Shown: positions 1-11,700 of the stretch, in pieces
Position numbering within the stretch: position 1 is the stretch's first letter
Layout: the number at the start of each line of letters is the position of its first letter
Assembly: GCA_950097015.1 (NCBI GenBank)
Contig: CATNEN010000001.1
Span: 9,610,001-9,674,000 of the forward strand
DNA: 64,000 bases
DNA from: Macrostomum hystrix
Taxonomy: Eukaryota; Animalia; Platyhelminthes
Reading direction: 5' to 3'
Position numbers and translations under genes: made by a program
The notes under the pieces: generated by a model
Seen by the model: only the letters and a program-made list of their open reading frames with translations
The model's database searches: none
What the model was told of the DNA's origin: nothing

Positions 1-279
1 GCGAGGCCACATTTATTTGGGGCGCAGCCGCGGACGGAAGGTTTGGGGTCTTGTCCTGCCATTTACGCTCTTGAGGGACAACCTCCAAGGCACAGTGAGA
101 GTGTACAGTGCCTGACGATGAGAAAGTCAGGGCAGATGTACACACCTGTGTGAGCGTGTGCCTGCCTATATTGCTCGTATATGTGTGCGCGTGTGCTCAG
201 GAGTCAGCGAAACGGCAGAAGCACGAAATACTGTGCTATTGCCTGCAGCCCTCCTGCAATTATTATTATTATTATTATA
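1..279 (+). mobile_element. tRNA-derived SINE family A copy (5' end cut by window edge)
   Basis: Matches the body of the full copy at 16186-16553 (ggggcgcagccg...cctgacgatgagaaagtcagggcagatgtacacac...cagccctcctgcaa) and ends in a (TTA)n tail. Confidence 0.85.
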
Positions 280-764
280 CAAGATTTGACTCTAGCAGTA
301 GCCTAAACTCTGTGAAGTGATCCGCTAGTTTTTTGAGACGCCAGCACTGGACGATTCGGTGTCAATCGACAGGTAAACAGGTAACAGGTAGCCAGGCTGC
401 TATCGAGATGAAGTCGGCTGGGCCAAGGGTGGCGACAGCATTGCGTGGAGCTATTCAGGTGGCAATGGAGCCACGGCAAGCGGTAGCTTTATTGTTGGAC
501 AGGCGGGCGGTTCAGAAGTTGTGTTTGGTGGCGGCGGCGGCGGCGGAGGAAGCTTCGTCTACGAAGTAGCGAACAATAGGCTGTTAATGGCAGCTGGTGG
601 CGGAGGCGGCTCTTGTTCCACTCGTGACAGTAAATTAATCTAAATAGGTGGAGTTTTACCAAAATGAATCTTCGCATTGGAGGTCGTCAGTGTAAGAGTA
701 GCTCGCAGTGGCTTCACAAAATGAAAGGCAATCAATCTGAGCATTGTACAATTGGGCCAGATGT

Positions 765-990
765 GCAGCCGACAGCACAGCCGCAGCTATTGCGCGTCGC
801 ATCTGAAGGCTGCGTATGGCTGTTCAGTCCATGGAATGCTGGCACCCATTTAACAGCTTGGTGAGCTGAAACAATGTGTCGCTAAGCTAAGTGTCTTGCT
901 TAAGATACAAATTGTTCCAGTGGAGTCAGGAATCGAACCTTCGACTTTCAAGCTGTGAGTCCTGCGATCTAACCACTAAGCTACAACCCA
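765..990 (-). mobile_element. tRNA-derived CORE-type SINE (family B)
   Basis: The minus strand has a tRNA-like head (gtagcttagtggttaga...ggttcgattcc, A/B boxes) followed by a CORE-like gtatcttaagcaagacactt segment. A second copy lies at 44092-44278. Confidence 0.65.
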
Positions 991-2020
991 CTTAGCGACA
1001 CTACAAAGTACGCAATAGAGCAAAGATGCCTGAAATCAGCCAGCCAATCCGCGAGCTGAGCGAGGGCAAAGGGAGAGAGTGTGCGTGTGAACACAGGGAT
1101 CAGCCAATCAGCTCAGAGTGCGTAGCAAGGGTTAGAAAGTTCGGAGAACTGGAGGCCAACCAGCCAGAACCAGCTGACAATGTTGTCCTAAATTATCTAA
1201 CTTGACAATTAGCTTTCAAAGCTTGGAAACATTAATTGCAGGCCTTCCAGGAGAAGCAGGAACCGAAGGCAGCGAGTAGGCAAGCTATCTAATCAATCTG
1301 ATTTGCATTGGAGGTAAAAACGGTCAGCCAGGTTTTAACCAGCTGTGGAAGACTGGCAGCGGGGCCACACACGGAGGCTGTGGTGTAGGCTTGCTTGGCC
1401 CCGGTGAGCGAGGTGGCAGTCTAACCGATCGGCGGCAGCGCCGGAGACGGCCATGGCGACTTCGGCGGCGGCGCTGGCGGCGGCTTCAGCGACGGTGGCG
1501 CCAGCACTGGCGGCGGAAACTGCGGAGGTGGTGGCGTCACTGACGGCGGCTCATTCTGCAATTCCACCATAGCTGGAAATTCAGCTAATGAACACGGCTT
1601 TGTTGTGTTCCGACTCATAGCTCCCTTTGCTGACACCTGCGACTGGTCTATATCGTGGAGAATGAGCTGTTTCCAAGTTGTTTACTGACTTGTTATTTGG
1701 GTTCATATTGTTACATACGAGGATTATTGTAATATACGATGTAGTTGAGACTGACGGAAAAAAGTGCATTTTTCATTTTTAATTTGGCATTAAAAATTAG
1801 CAGGAGCTAAAATTAAAATTCGAATTTTCGCAAAATTGTTTAGCTGAGTAAAACAATTGAATTTTATTAACTTAACGGGCTTGTCGTACGAGCGTACAAA
1901 GGATATTATTAAACAAAAAGGCATTGTATACTAAAAAATACATGCGAGAATCAACAGTTACGAGTAGTACAAAATACTAATATGAAGAAAGCTTTTATAA
2001 TATTTATTATAACGCAGTGA

Positions 2021-2345
2021 GGGATTCTTGGCAGAGCGGTTAACGCGTTTGCCTCTCGCAAGGAGTACCCGAGCTCAATTCCGCGGCGAGGCCACATTTA
2101 CGAGCGTATTTGGGGCGCAGCCGCGGACGAAAGGCTTGGGGGCTTGTCCTGCAATTTACGCTGTTGAGGGCCAACCACCAAGGCACAGTGAAGTGTACAC
2201 TGCCTGACGATGAGGAAGTCAGGGCAGGTGTACACACCTGTGTGAGCGTATGCCAGCGAAATGGTCAGCGAAAGAGTCTGCGAAATGGGCAGAATTGCCT
2301 CCTCGCTGGTCTAGTGTCACTTAATGATAACAGCCCTCCTGCAAT
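2021..2345 (+). mobile_element. tRNA-derived SINE family A copy
   Basis: A-box TGGCAGAGCGG, degenerate B-box, same body as 16186-16553 with internal deletions. Confidence 0.85.
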
Positions 2346-2856
2346 TTTTTAATTACGAGTTATTAGCTCGTATAACACAGTGAAATTTTTTGTTTATGAT
2401 CTTACCCGGATTTGTTTTGGTTTCATTTAACGCGTTATATACTCAGTTCGAATGTACAGTGTTAATAACGACTGAATGTTTATATATTATTATTCGGGGA
2501 CAGGATGGGCAGTCGATGGAATAGCCGTGGCGCATGTTAACGATAGTTTTGGGGTTCGGGGGAGAAGAAAGGAAGAGAGAGAGGCCATAGCCAGATCAGC
2601 AGCAGGGGTTAAGCCCATGGAATCAATGAAGAACCATTGTACCATGAAGAGGTAATTAAGAAGGAGTCTGTTGAAATCTAAATATCGAGAGAAAGATACT
2701 GAAAGGAGTCCTGCCTTGAAGCTACGAGTACAAAGTACGTAACAAACAGATAAACCAGTTTAATAGTAGTTGACATGCGGTTCGATTAAGCAAATTATTA
2801 TAAAACCAGTTAGCCTAAAGCGTTCTGAACGCACTATGGCATTGGGAACTTTTCAG

Positions 2857-4356
2857 TCACTCCTCGACAGGACTTTGTCCCTGAATAACCGAAAATGTGA
2901 TGCCTCTTAAAAGCGGATTCGGATCGAAGATGAAGGTGTTAGCCAGATGGTGCGTAAACTTTCTGTCGACGTCTGTAGAGCAGAAATCGAACACTTTATC
3001 AACCAACTGTTGGTCCAACGACTTGATGTCGTGAATGAGTACGTCCTCTTGCTCAAAGCTGTACTCATGGCGCACATTGTTGAGTTGAGCGTCATCAACT
3101 TCAGCCATGACATTGATGCTTCCAGAGAATTGGCGAAGCATGGTAATCAGCCGATCTTGAGCCACTGAATCCAGGCTATTGCTCATTGAGTAAGTGACTC
3201 GCTTGATATTGTACCTTCTGTGTCGGCTCGCTACCCCATTGATGGCTAGAGACCCTGTGTCGGTTCGCTGTCTATCCTTATTCACGATGATGACTGGCAG
3301 GTTTCCGTCGAGTGAAGACAGATTCTCGAGAATACTGCACACCTCTTCAAAACTAGGACGGGTTTCAGCATTCCAAGAGAGCAGTCTCTCAACCAGGTTC
3401 CACAGACTGGTCGGTATATCGCTAAACACGGATTTGTCTTTGTTAATAACCACCTTAGGGAGCTCGCCAGTCTTATCAATGAGCATTGCGCCGGTGGTTT
3501 CAGCCGGTGGAAGGTCCGGAATATCCGCATCGCACACGGTGAATGCGTTCTCCGGATAGTCTGAGAATGGCAACTCGCGGAAAATGGCCTCGCTTATCAG
3601 GACTCCGAATGAGTAGGCATCGCAAGTCTGGCTGTATTTCACTCTGGCTTCCTGGCCACCACCTCGTGGCTTCCTCAGCTCAGGAGCTCGCCAACGGTCA
3701 GTTCCAACCTTGGGCGTCATGCCTTCGAGATCGATTTCGCGACAAGTATCAAAGTCGCACAGCTTGCACTTTGTCTTCTTGTCGAACATCAACACGTTGA
3801 GGGCTTTTACGTCTCGGTGAATTAGACCTTTGCCGTGAAGGTAGAGTATGCCATCAGCCACCTGTTTCAGCCAGACGAAAAGATGGTCCCTCGTGTAGTA
3901 GACGTTGGTTGCCGGATCTCTAGCTGAGCCGTCTCTGAGGGCGGGCACAATGGGCGTTGAATTCTGCAGCCGGCTGCAGATGAGAAAGTTAAGGCTGCAC
4001 TCTCCGATCTCCATCAGGTAAAACGGAAGGCTGGATGGATCGCTCGTGTCAACGGTGAGGCAGGCTTCATAGACAATCACAATGCTTTCGTGTGACAGAT
4101 CCTTAAGTCGATTGTATTCCATCTCGCATATCGCACTGGGACTCCGCCGATGAGTGCCCCTGGTGATCTCCTTCATCGCCACGTCCGAGCCGCTCGTGAG
4201 TTCCGGAAGCAGGGAACCGTTTTTCCAGTTTTGCTTCAATTTGACGGAATAAATTCGAACGTAATTATTGCTCTGCTGTGAAATGGCGATCTCTTTCTTG
4301 GACTGCATGTCCAAGCAGCTCAGAAGGCTTTGGCTGTCAGAATCTGCGGTGGGCAT
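2857..4356 (-). CDS. Atypical TKL-like Ser/Thr protein kinase (DFD motif) with C-terminal alpha/beta domain; CDS intronless, 499 aa
   Basis: The ORF contains VAMK, alphaC Glu (CEMEY), HRDVKALN, DFD, GTDRWRAPE, CDAYSFG and RP motifs. The first ATG is at 4356 (MPTADSDS); the ORF-track start at 4404 is TTG. Confidence 0.85.
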   Translation of the reverse strand: MPTADSDSQSLLSCLDMQSKKEIAISQQSNNYVRIYSVKLKQNWKNGSLLPELTSGSDVAMKEITRGTHRRSPSAICEMEYNRLKDLSHESIVIVYEACLTVDTSDPSSLPFYLMEIGECSLNFLICSRLQNSTPIVPALRDGSARDPATNVYYTRDHLFVWLKQVADGILYLHGKGLIHRDVKALNVLMFDKKTKCKLCDFDTCREIDLEGMTPKVGTDRWRAPELRKPRGGGQEARVKYSQTCDAYSFGVLISEAIFRELPFSDYPENAFTVCDADIPDLPPAETTGAMLIDKTGELPKVVINKDKSVFSDIPTSLWNLVERLLSWNAETRPSFEEVCSILENLSSLDGNLPVIIVNKDRQRTDTGSLAINGVASRHRRYNIKRVTYSMSNSLDSVAQDRLITMLRQFSGSINVMAEVDDAQLNNVRHEYSFEQEDVLIHDIKSLDQQLVDKVFDFCSTDVDRKFTHHLANTFIFDPNPLLRGITFSVIQGQSPVEE

Positions 4357-4938
4357 ATTTGATAACACCGTCTTATGTGTGACTTGTTTTCGGGTAATGA
4401 GCAAATACCTAATAATAAAATGCTAAATTGTTTCTTACGTATTGCGAAAAATAGTGCTAGTACCAACGGAACCGTTAGCAAAAATACAAAATACCTGTCT
4501 CATCAAAAGGGAACTTCGATGTACACTGCGCTTGTATTGTGACTCGCGCAGGGAAAGACTTTTCTCATTGTCATAGGGCTCACTCACAGTTGGACAGAAA
4601 AAGCTATGGCAGTTTGGGTTAGAGAAATGATAGGGAATGCAGTTGAACGTACAGTTATGGTAACTGCTAACGACTGTGCCTTATCAAAGCAAGCGTACAG
4701 GCAGATTTTCAATTGGTCAATTGGTTTATAGTTTCAGCCGTGATTACCAAACAGAATGCATTGCTATCTTCCTGTACCTACCTACTAAGTACATGTAAAC
4801 GCATTGCTTTCATAGCAAATTATCTACCCGCCTGGCATAAAGCGGCAGGGTAGAATAAATATTGGCGCCATATGGAGTGCAGAAGAAGCACTTCATGGCC
4901 TAGTTAATACTCCATAGCCTCATAGCCTCTCAGATACA
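4357..4938. promoter_or_regulatory. Probable bidirectional promoter / 5' UTR region between divergent kinase genes
   Basis: About 580 bp separate the two ATGs on opposite strands. Inferred from geometry only. Confidence 0.4.
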
Positions 4939-6846
4939 ATGGCCGCTACTCTGCACCGCTGCCTGTCTGTGATTGACAACAGCGAGACGGGCAGGTCACT
5001 GATGGCCCGATCGAACCATCGTATCTATAAGAAAGAACTGCTCGAAAACTGGATACCGGAAGGCCAGACAATGGCTCTGCTAGAGAAAGGCAGCTTTGTC
5101 GCCATGAAGCAGTACTGCGGAACTTCTGATAAGAAAAAGATGCAGGTGCTCTGCAAGAAAGAGCACGAATTGCTGACCAAGTGTAAGCACGAGAATGTTG
5201 TCACTGTGCTGGGAATGCTGCTGGAAGCTGACAGCAACAACCCAGAGAGCTGGCCAGTGATCTTCATGGAGCTGGGCGAATGCAGCCTCCAGTTCGCCCT
5301 CACTGCCAAGAGAAAGTCGACGAATGATTTCACTTATCCTAGCGGACAGTGCGGCTACTCCTGGAGGCATTGCCTGAGCTGGCTGCGTCAGGTGGCCAGC
5401 GCAATGGCCTACCTTCACCAAGAGAACATTGTGCACCGCGATCTCAAAAGTTCTAACGTGCTTCTATTTGAAGGCAAAACTCTGTGCAAGATTTGCGACT
5501 TCGACATGAGCCGATTCTACGATCCGGAGGGCATGACGGTGGACATTGGCACCTGGCGTTGGATGGCGCCGGAGGTTCGCGCCTGCAATTGGCTGACAAC
5601 GGGGACCAATCAGCGACAGTGCTACAACTTCAAGGCCGACTGCTACTCGTTCGGCATTCTCATCTGCGAATGCATCTATCGCCAGAGACCGTTCGACTGC
5701 TACGAGGATCGCCTCTTTCAAAGGCTGGAAATGCCGGACATGCCGGAATGGGACGCTCCCACCGACGGCGCTATGACGCTGATTCGCAGCGAAGGAAACT
5801 CTTGGCGCGTGGAGCTCAAGAAGGAGCTCTCGCACTTCCCTCTGACCAAAAGGCTGTGGAGTTTGACGAAAAGTCTTCTTAGCTGGAGTCCAGAAACTAG
5901 GCCCGAGTCTGACTTGATTGTGGCAAAGTTGGCGATAGAAAGTCCTACATGCAACCCGGATGTCGGTGAAGCTACAACCAATGTTGTGGAGCTGCCGCAG
6001 CTCATGGACCTGGAAGCCGAGGCCGATTCGCTGGAGCCAACTCCAACTGACACCGGCCTGCCAGGTGAAATTCTTTAATGTTGTTTCTAGTGCTTTCATA
6101 GCTGAATAGTCTTGTTTAGCATTTAGCATTGTCCACGGGATATTTAAAATACCCACTTTTGGTTTTTTTGTGTTTCAAAATACTTAAACTATCGCCATGA
6201 AAATCTAGAACACAGGCAAAAATTTTCCGCTGTATCCGATGAAACAACTTCCAGAATCACAAATCACAAAGGCATTGGGTATTTGTAATACCCCGAGGTC
6301 TTTCCCCGGGGTATTACAAAAAAATAGCGTGATCTTTCAACTGTTAAAACTGTACACCTCACAGGCAACGTGATCTGTCTGGCTGTTCCGAGCGTTCGAA
6401 GCGTAGTCAAACTGCGCTACGCGATCACCGTATCGACGGATACCAACCAAAACCAGTTGACGAATGCAGAGATGCAGCGCATACTCGACGTGCTCAAAAC
6501 TCATGCGGACAATGTTGCCAGCTTCTTGGAGGACGATGAAGAAGAAACTAACAATGCCGCCGCCCCCGCCGCGTCGCAGCAAGTGACGGACAGTGTCGGA
6601 GTTGTCTCAGTTCGAGTCCAGAGCCAGTTCAGGTTCACAAACTCTGGCCTCCTGGAGCACGAGATCAGCGGCTCCGATGCGGATGCTTGCCAGCGTGTGG
6701 CCAGCACCTGCAGCCACAAGGAGCAGTTCCTCCAGTGGATGTCCGGCCTGTTCAATAGGGAGCGCGGGCAGAGACGCCTGCGGCTGGTTCGCTTTGAATC
6801 CGTTGACAGCAATCCGACGAGCGGGTTGGCGAGCTTCCGCGCCTGA
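4939..6846 (+). CDS. Atypical TKL-like Ser/Thr protein kinase (DFD motif), 2 exons (4939-6064, 6365-6846), 535 aa
   Basis: VAMK, CKKEH, HRDLKSSN, DFD, GTWRWMAPE and ADCYSFG motifs. Donor CCAG|GTGAAA after 6064 and acceptor ACAG|GC at 6365 join in phase 1 to ORF 6370-6846, which is homologous to the C-terminus of the neighbouring kinase. Confidence 0.85.
6137..6350. repeat. Dispersed non-coding repeat family C with 14-bp hairpin (intronic)
   Basis: 6190-6270 matches the reverse complement of 16630-16700. 6300-6345 resembles 55430-55465 and 62820-62875. Perfect hairpin TTTGTAATACCCCG...CGGGGTATTACAAA at about 6282-6320. Confidence 0.55.
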
Positions 6847-7589
6847 TTGGCCAAGGTCCTGAGCTCGAATCCGTGCCTGTTGTGGTGCGCGCATCTCGCT
6901 TTAACTATTTTTATTGATTTATTCTCTTTTTTGAGAATTGGAATGGCTGGCACACACAGATCTATTTAATCTCAATGATTGTTCAATTTCAGGGTGACTA
7001 ACTTTTTGATAAAAATTGATGTTAAATACTTTTAGCCTAGTTAAACTTTTCGATTTTTCGTTTACTCAAACAGTGAATTTTTTCAATATAATTATTGTTT
7101 AATCATTGATAATATTACTAGCTATGTAACGATTATCAATAAATTCATTGATTCAGACAATTATAAATGTTTCATTTCCCTCCAGGTAGATATTTCATAG
7201 ATATGTTTTTGTATTCCAGTTAGTAGATTTCTAAATTGATCATTAAAAGTTCATGCGAATCTGGACTAAGTATTCAAGATATATTTAATTATGACAGAAT
7301 ATCATTCTCTAATTAATCGTTTATTCATTTTAATTTAAAGGGACACTATCTACATAAAAGTAAGCAACACAATCAAGGACTTAAAATTAATTCTATCTCA
7401 AATACATGCCTACCTGCAATGACAGTGACTGCGAATTGAAAAAAATCTTTTTATTCACTTCTGATCAAACTCATGACGTAAGGGACGCAGATGACATGTT
7501 AGTGAGCAAATTAGTCAACAATGGGAAATTATTGGTTGGTAATAGATTAGGGGTGCAGTGTTAATGGGACACTGATTGATTAATAATAG

Positions 7590-8572
7590 GTAAGTGATTG
7601 GTAATGCGTCAGGGATTGATAGGTAATAGGTCAGTCGGTGTCAGGTAATGAGCCAGTGATTGATTGGTAATAGGTCAGTGATTGATAGGTAAGAGGTCAG
7701 TGATTGATTGGTAATGGGTCAGTGATTGATTGGTAATGGGTCAGTGATTGATAGGTAAGAGGTCAGTGATTGATTGGTAATGGGTCAGTGATTGATTGGT
7801 AATAGGTCAGTGATTGATTGGTAATAGGTCAGTGATTGATAGGTAAGAGGTCAGTGATTGATAGGTAAGAGGTCAGTGATTGATTGGTAATGGGTCAGTG
7901 ATTGATTGGTAAGAGGTCAGTGATTGATAGGTAAGAGGTCAGTGATTGATAGGTAAGAGGTCAGTGATTGATTGGTAATGGGTCAGTGATTGATTGGTAA
8001 TAGGTCAGTGATTGATTGGTAATAGGTCAGTGATTGATAGGTAAGAGGTCAGTGATTGATAGGTAAGAGGTCAGTGATTGATTGGTAATGGGTCAGTGAT
8101 TGATTGGTAATAGGTCAGTGATTGATAGGTAAGAGGTCAGTGATTGATTGGTAATGGGTCAGTGATTGATTGGTAAGAGGTCAGTGATTGATAGGTAAGA
8201 GGTCAGTGATTGATAGGTAAGAGGTCAGTGATTGATTGGTAATGGGTCAGTGATTGATTGGTAATAGGTCAGTGATTGATAGGTAAGAGGTCAGTGATTG
8301 ATAGGTAAGAGGTCAGTGATTGATTGGTAATGGGTCAGTGATTGATTGGTAATGGGTCAGTGATTGATTGGTAATAGGTCAGTGATTGATTAGTAATGGG
8401 TCAGTGGTTGATTGGTAATAGGTCAGTGGTTGATGGGTAATCGGTCAGTGATTGATTGGTAATGGTGATTGGTAATGAGCCAGTGATTGGTTGGTAATGA
8501 GCCAGTGATTGGTTGGTAATGAGCCAGTGATTGGTTGGTAATGAGCCAGTGATCGGTTGGTAATGAGCCAGT
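7590..8572. repeat. 22-bp minisatellite (ggtcagtgattgatWggtaaKR)
   Basis: Direct tandem array of about 40 units downstream of the KYAT-A stop. Confidence 0.9.
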
Positions 8573-8759
8573 GTGGTGGGAAGCAGATAATAGGTTTATG
8601 TCAAAAGTTTATTCACAACTATTCTTTATACCAGGTCATCGAATTAGCAAAGAGGACAAAACATCAATAATAGTTGAAAACAGATTTGCGTCAAATATTT
8701 CAAAGGAAGACAGACAGGCAAGTCTGCGGTTAAAAAAACCGAACCTAACCATTCATAGT

Positions 8760-11700
8760 TCAAACCAATTCCGGTTTCAGCCATCGCAGCAGGCCTTTGC
8801 CAAACTGTTCAATAGTGTCTTCTTCTTTAATAAAGCAGAGTCGAATGAAATTCTCGCCCAGGTGACGATTAGCCGAGCCGTAGAAGCAGGAGCAGGGAAT
8901 TGTGGCCAGCTGTCGCTCCCTGGTCAGCCAGCGGACCAGGCGAGCGTCTCGCAGCTCGCCAATCGGATCGTCCGGACCGCCAGTTGCAGGCGGCGGCTGA
9001 GGCAGGCTTGAGATGTCCACCAGCTGCAGTTGAGTATCGTGAGATCGATTAGGCTGGCAAAATTGAAGGGCTAGGATAAAACACTGCAGACTGTGACGAT
9101 TCCAAGCCTACCCTCCGATGCTTGACCCCATGTTTGAGTTGACCCATTTTTAACTCGACCTTAATCCCAACTCGACCCATTTCTAACTCGACCCACTCCC
9201 AAATTGACCCATTCTTAACTCGACCTATTCCCAACTTGACCCATTTCTAACTCGACCCATTCCTAAATTGACCCATTCCCAACTTGACCCATCCCTAACT
9301 CGACCCATTCCCAACTTAACCCATTTCTAACTCGACCCATTCCCAAATGACCCATTCCCAACTCGACCCATTCTCAACTCGACTCATTTCTAACTCGACC
9401 CATTCTTAACTGACCCATTCTCAACTCGACTCATTTCTAACTCGACCCATACTTAACTGACCCATTCTCAAGTCGACTCATTTCTAACTCGACCCACTCC
9501 CAAATTGACTCATTCTTAACTCGACCCATTCCCAACTCGACTCATTCCCAACTCGACCCATTCCTAGCCCGCCCCATTCCCGACCCATTCCCAGTACACA
9601 CACCACGGCAATCATCAGATCGTCCGTTGCGTATGCTGGCCTAATCTGGGCCGGTGCCATGGGCATCCAGAAAAACCTGGAGGCGCTCTATAGGGTGCAG
9701 GGCAGAGCCTGTCGTATGACGCTGGGCGCCCCACCTTCCACTCCCTTCGAAGGCATGAATGCTTTCCTCAACGCTACACCCATTGACATTTTTATCAAAG
9801 GCGAAGCGGCAAAGTCCACCCGGCGTCTTCTAGATGCGGGGGTCTCCTTCCAGAACGTGCGAGCCTTCCCGAAGCGCTCCCTTCTGCCTCACTCTGACCT
9901 CTGCCTGAAAACTCTGGGCGAGTGTGGAGGGCTCAACATCCTCTCGGACGGGGCCCCGGCCACTTTACTCCGGAGCCACAGGTACAAGGTCAGCATCCTT
10001 CCTCGCAATGAGGTTAAGGATTGCTGGGCTGACCCAGCAGTCCACTGTTACACTGACGGCTCTCTGATGAACGGCAAATCGGGATTCGGAGTGTGCGTCG
10101 CCTCGGGTGGTGAGGTCCTCTGGACCCACTCCCAGCACTGTGGCAAGAGCTCAAGCGTTTTCCAAAACGAAATGCTCGCCATCAGTCTCTGTGCGGCTGA
10201 ACTGCGCCAGAGGCAGCTGACTGGACAGAGGATCTTGTTTCACTCCGACAGTCAAGCAGCTCTCAAGGCCCTCAGCCGCTGCACCTCTCGATCCAGAACC
10301 ACCTTGGACTGCCACACCCAGTTAAACGGGCTGGCGCAGTCTAACAAGGTGGAGCTGCTGTGGATCCCTGGGCACGCCGGGCTCACAGGGAATGAGATGG
10401 CGGACCAGCTTGCTAAGGCTGGCGCAGCCAGCTCCCTGATGGGCCCGGGCCCGGAGGCCCCGATCCCCGTTTCTGTGGTCAACTCTAACATCAACCGCTG
10501 GATGGAGACCCAGCACCGGAGGAGGTGGTCTAGCACCCTGAACTGTCGCCAGTCCAGGGCTGCAGTGCCAACCCCCTCTAGTAATCTGCGTAAAGCCTTG
10601 CTCAGGCTAAATCGCAGAGACCTGGGAGCAGTCACCATGGCCCTCTCGGGACATGGCTGCTTCACCAGACACCGCTACCTCCAAGGCCACGTGCCTGAGG
10701 AAACGTGTCCCTTCTGCTGCTTCGGACGTGAAAACGCCGAGCATTTCATCTGCCACTGCCCGGCCTTCACCCGGGCTAGGCTAAAACATCTCGGGTCGGC
10801 GCCGACCCTAGTCGAAGCCTGCTCGCCCGATAGCATTCCACAGCTCGCCCACTTCCTCCGCGATACCGGCCGAGCTGATTTCTTCCCAGCCTATGGCGAG
10901 GAGGATCGCGCGGCGGGATCGACCGACGGACCACCTTGAGCGGCACCGCCTCGCTGGAGGCCATCGGGCTGCCAGGGGTTAGCGATATGGGCGGCACCGG
11001 CCGCCTCCTCGCTGCGTCCGTCATGGAGGCTCCCTGCCGCTAAGTCAAGTAAGTCAAGTCATTCCCAGCCCGTCCATAACTAGGATCACTCGCCATGAAG
11101 TAGCCGCCAGCCGGAATGTACACAGGCAGGCCGGCAGCTTCCACCAGCTCCGCAAGTCGGTCGCGTTTAGGCAGCAGCTCAGCTGGCAGGGCGTCGAAGT
11201 AGCAGTCGGGCGAGCCGCGCCTGGCCAGCTCGGACTCCAGGGCCAACCCCACCGCCTCCTGGGACGGGAGAAATTCATGGTAGGATAAGTCAACTTGGAG
11301 ATGGGTCGAGTTGGGAATGGGTCGAGTTGGGAATGGGTCAAGTTAGAAATGGGTCGAGTTGGGAATGGGTCGAGTTGGGAATGGGTCGAGTTGGGAATGG
11401 GTCGAGTTGATAATGGGTCAAGTTAGAAATGGGTCGAGTTGGGAATGGGTCGAGTTGGGAATGGGTCAATTTGGGAATGGGTCGAGTTAGAAATGGGTCA
11501 AGTTGGGAATGGGTCGAGTTGGGAATGGGTCGAGTTGAGAATCGGTCAAGTTAGAAATGGGTCGAGTTGGAAATGGGTCGAGTTGGGAATGAGTCGAGTT
11601 GGGAATGGGTCGAGTTGGGAATGGGTCTAGCTGAAGATGAGTCAGGCTGATGATGGGTCAAGCTGATGATGGGTCAGGCTGTCGAAAAAAGTAGGTTAAA

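Noticed and set aside
380-1770. Proline-rich short ORFs on the minus strand
   Set aside because: Low complexity, interrupted by stops, no recognisable domain or consistent exon chain.
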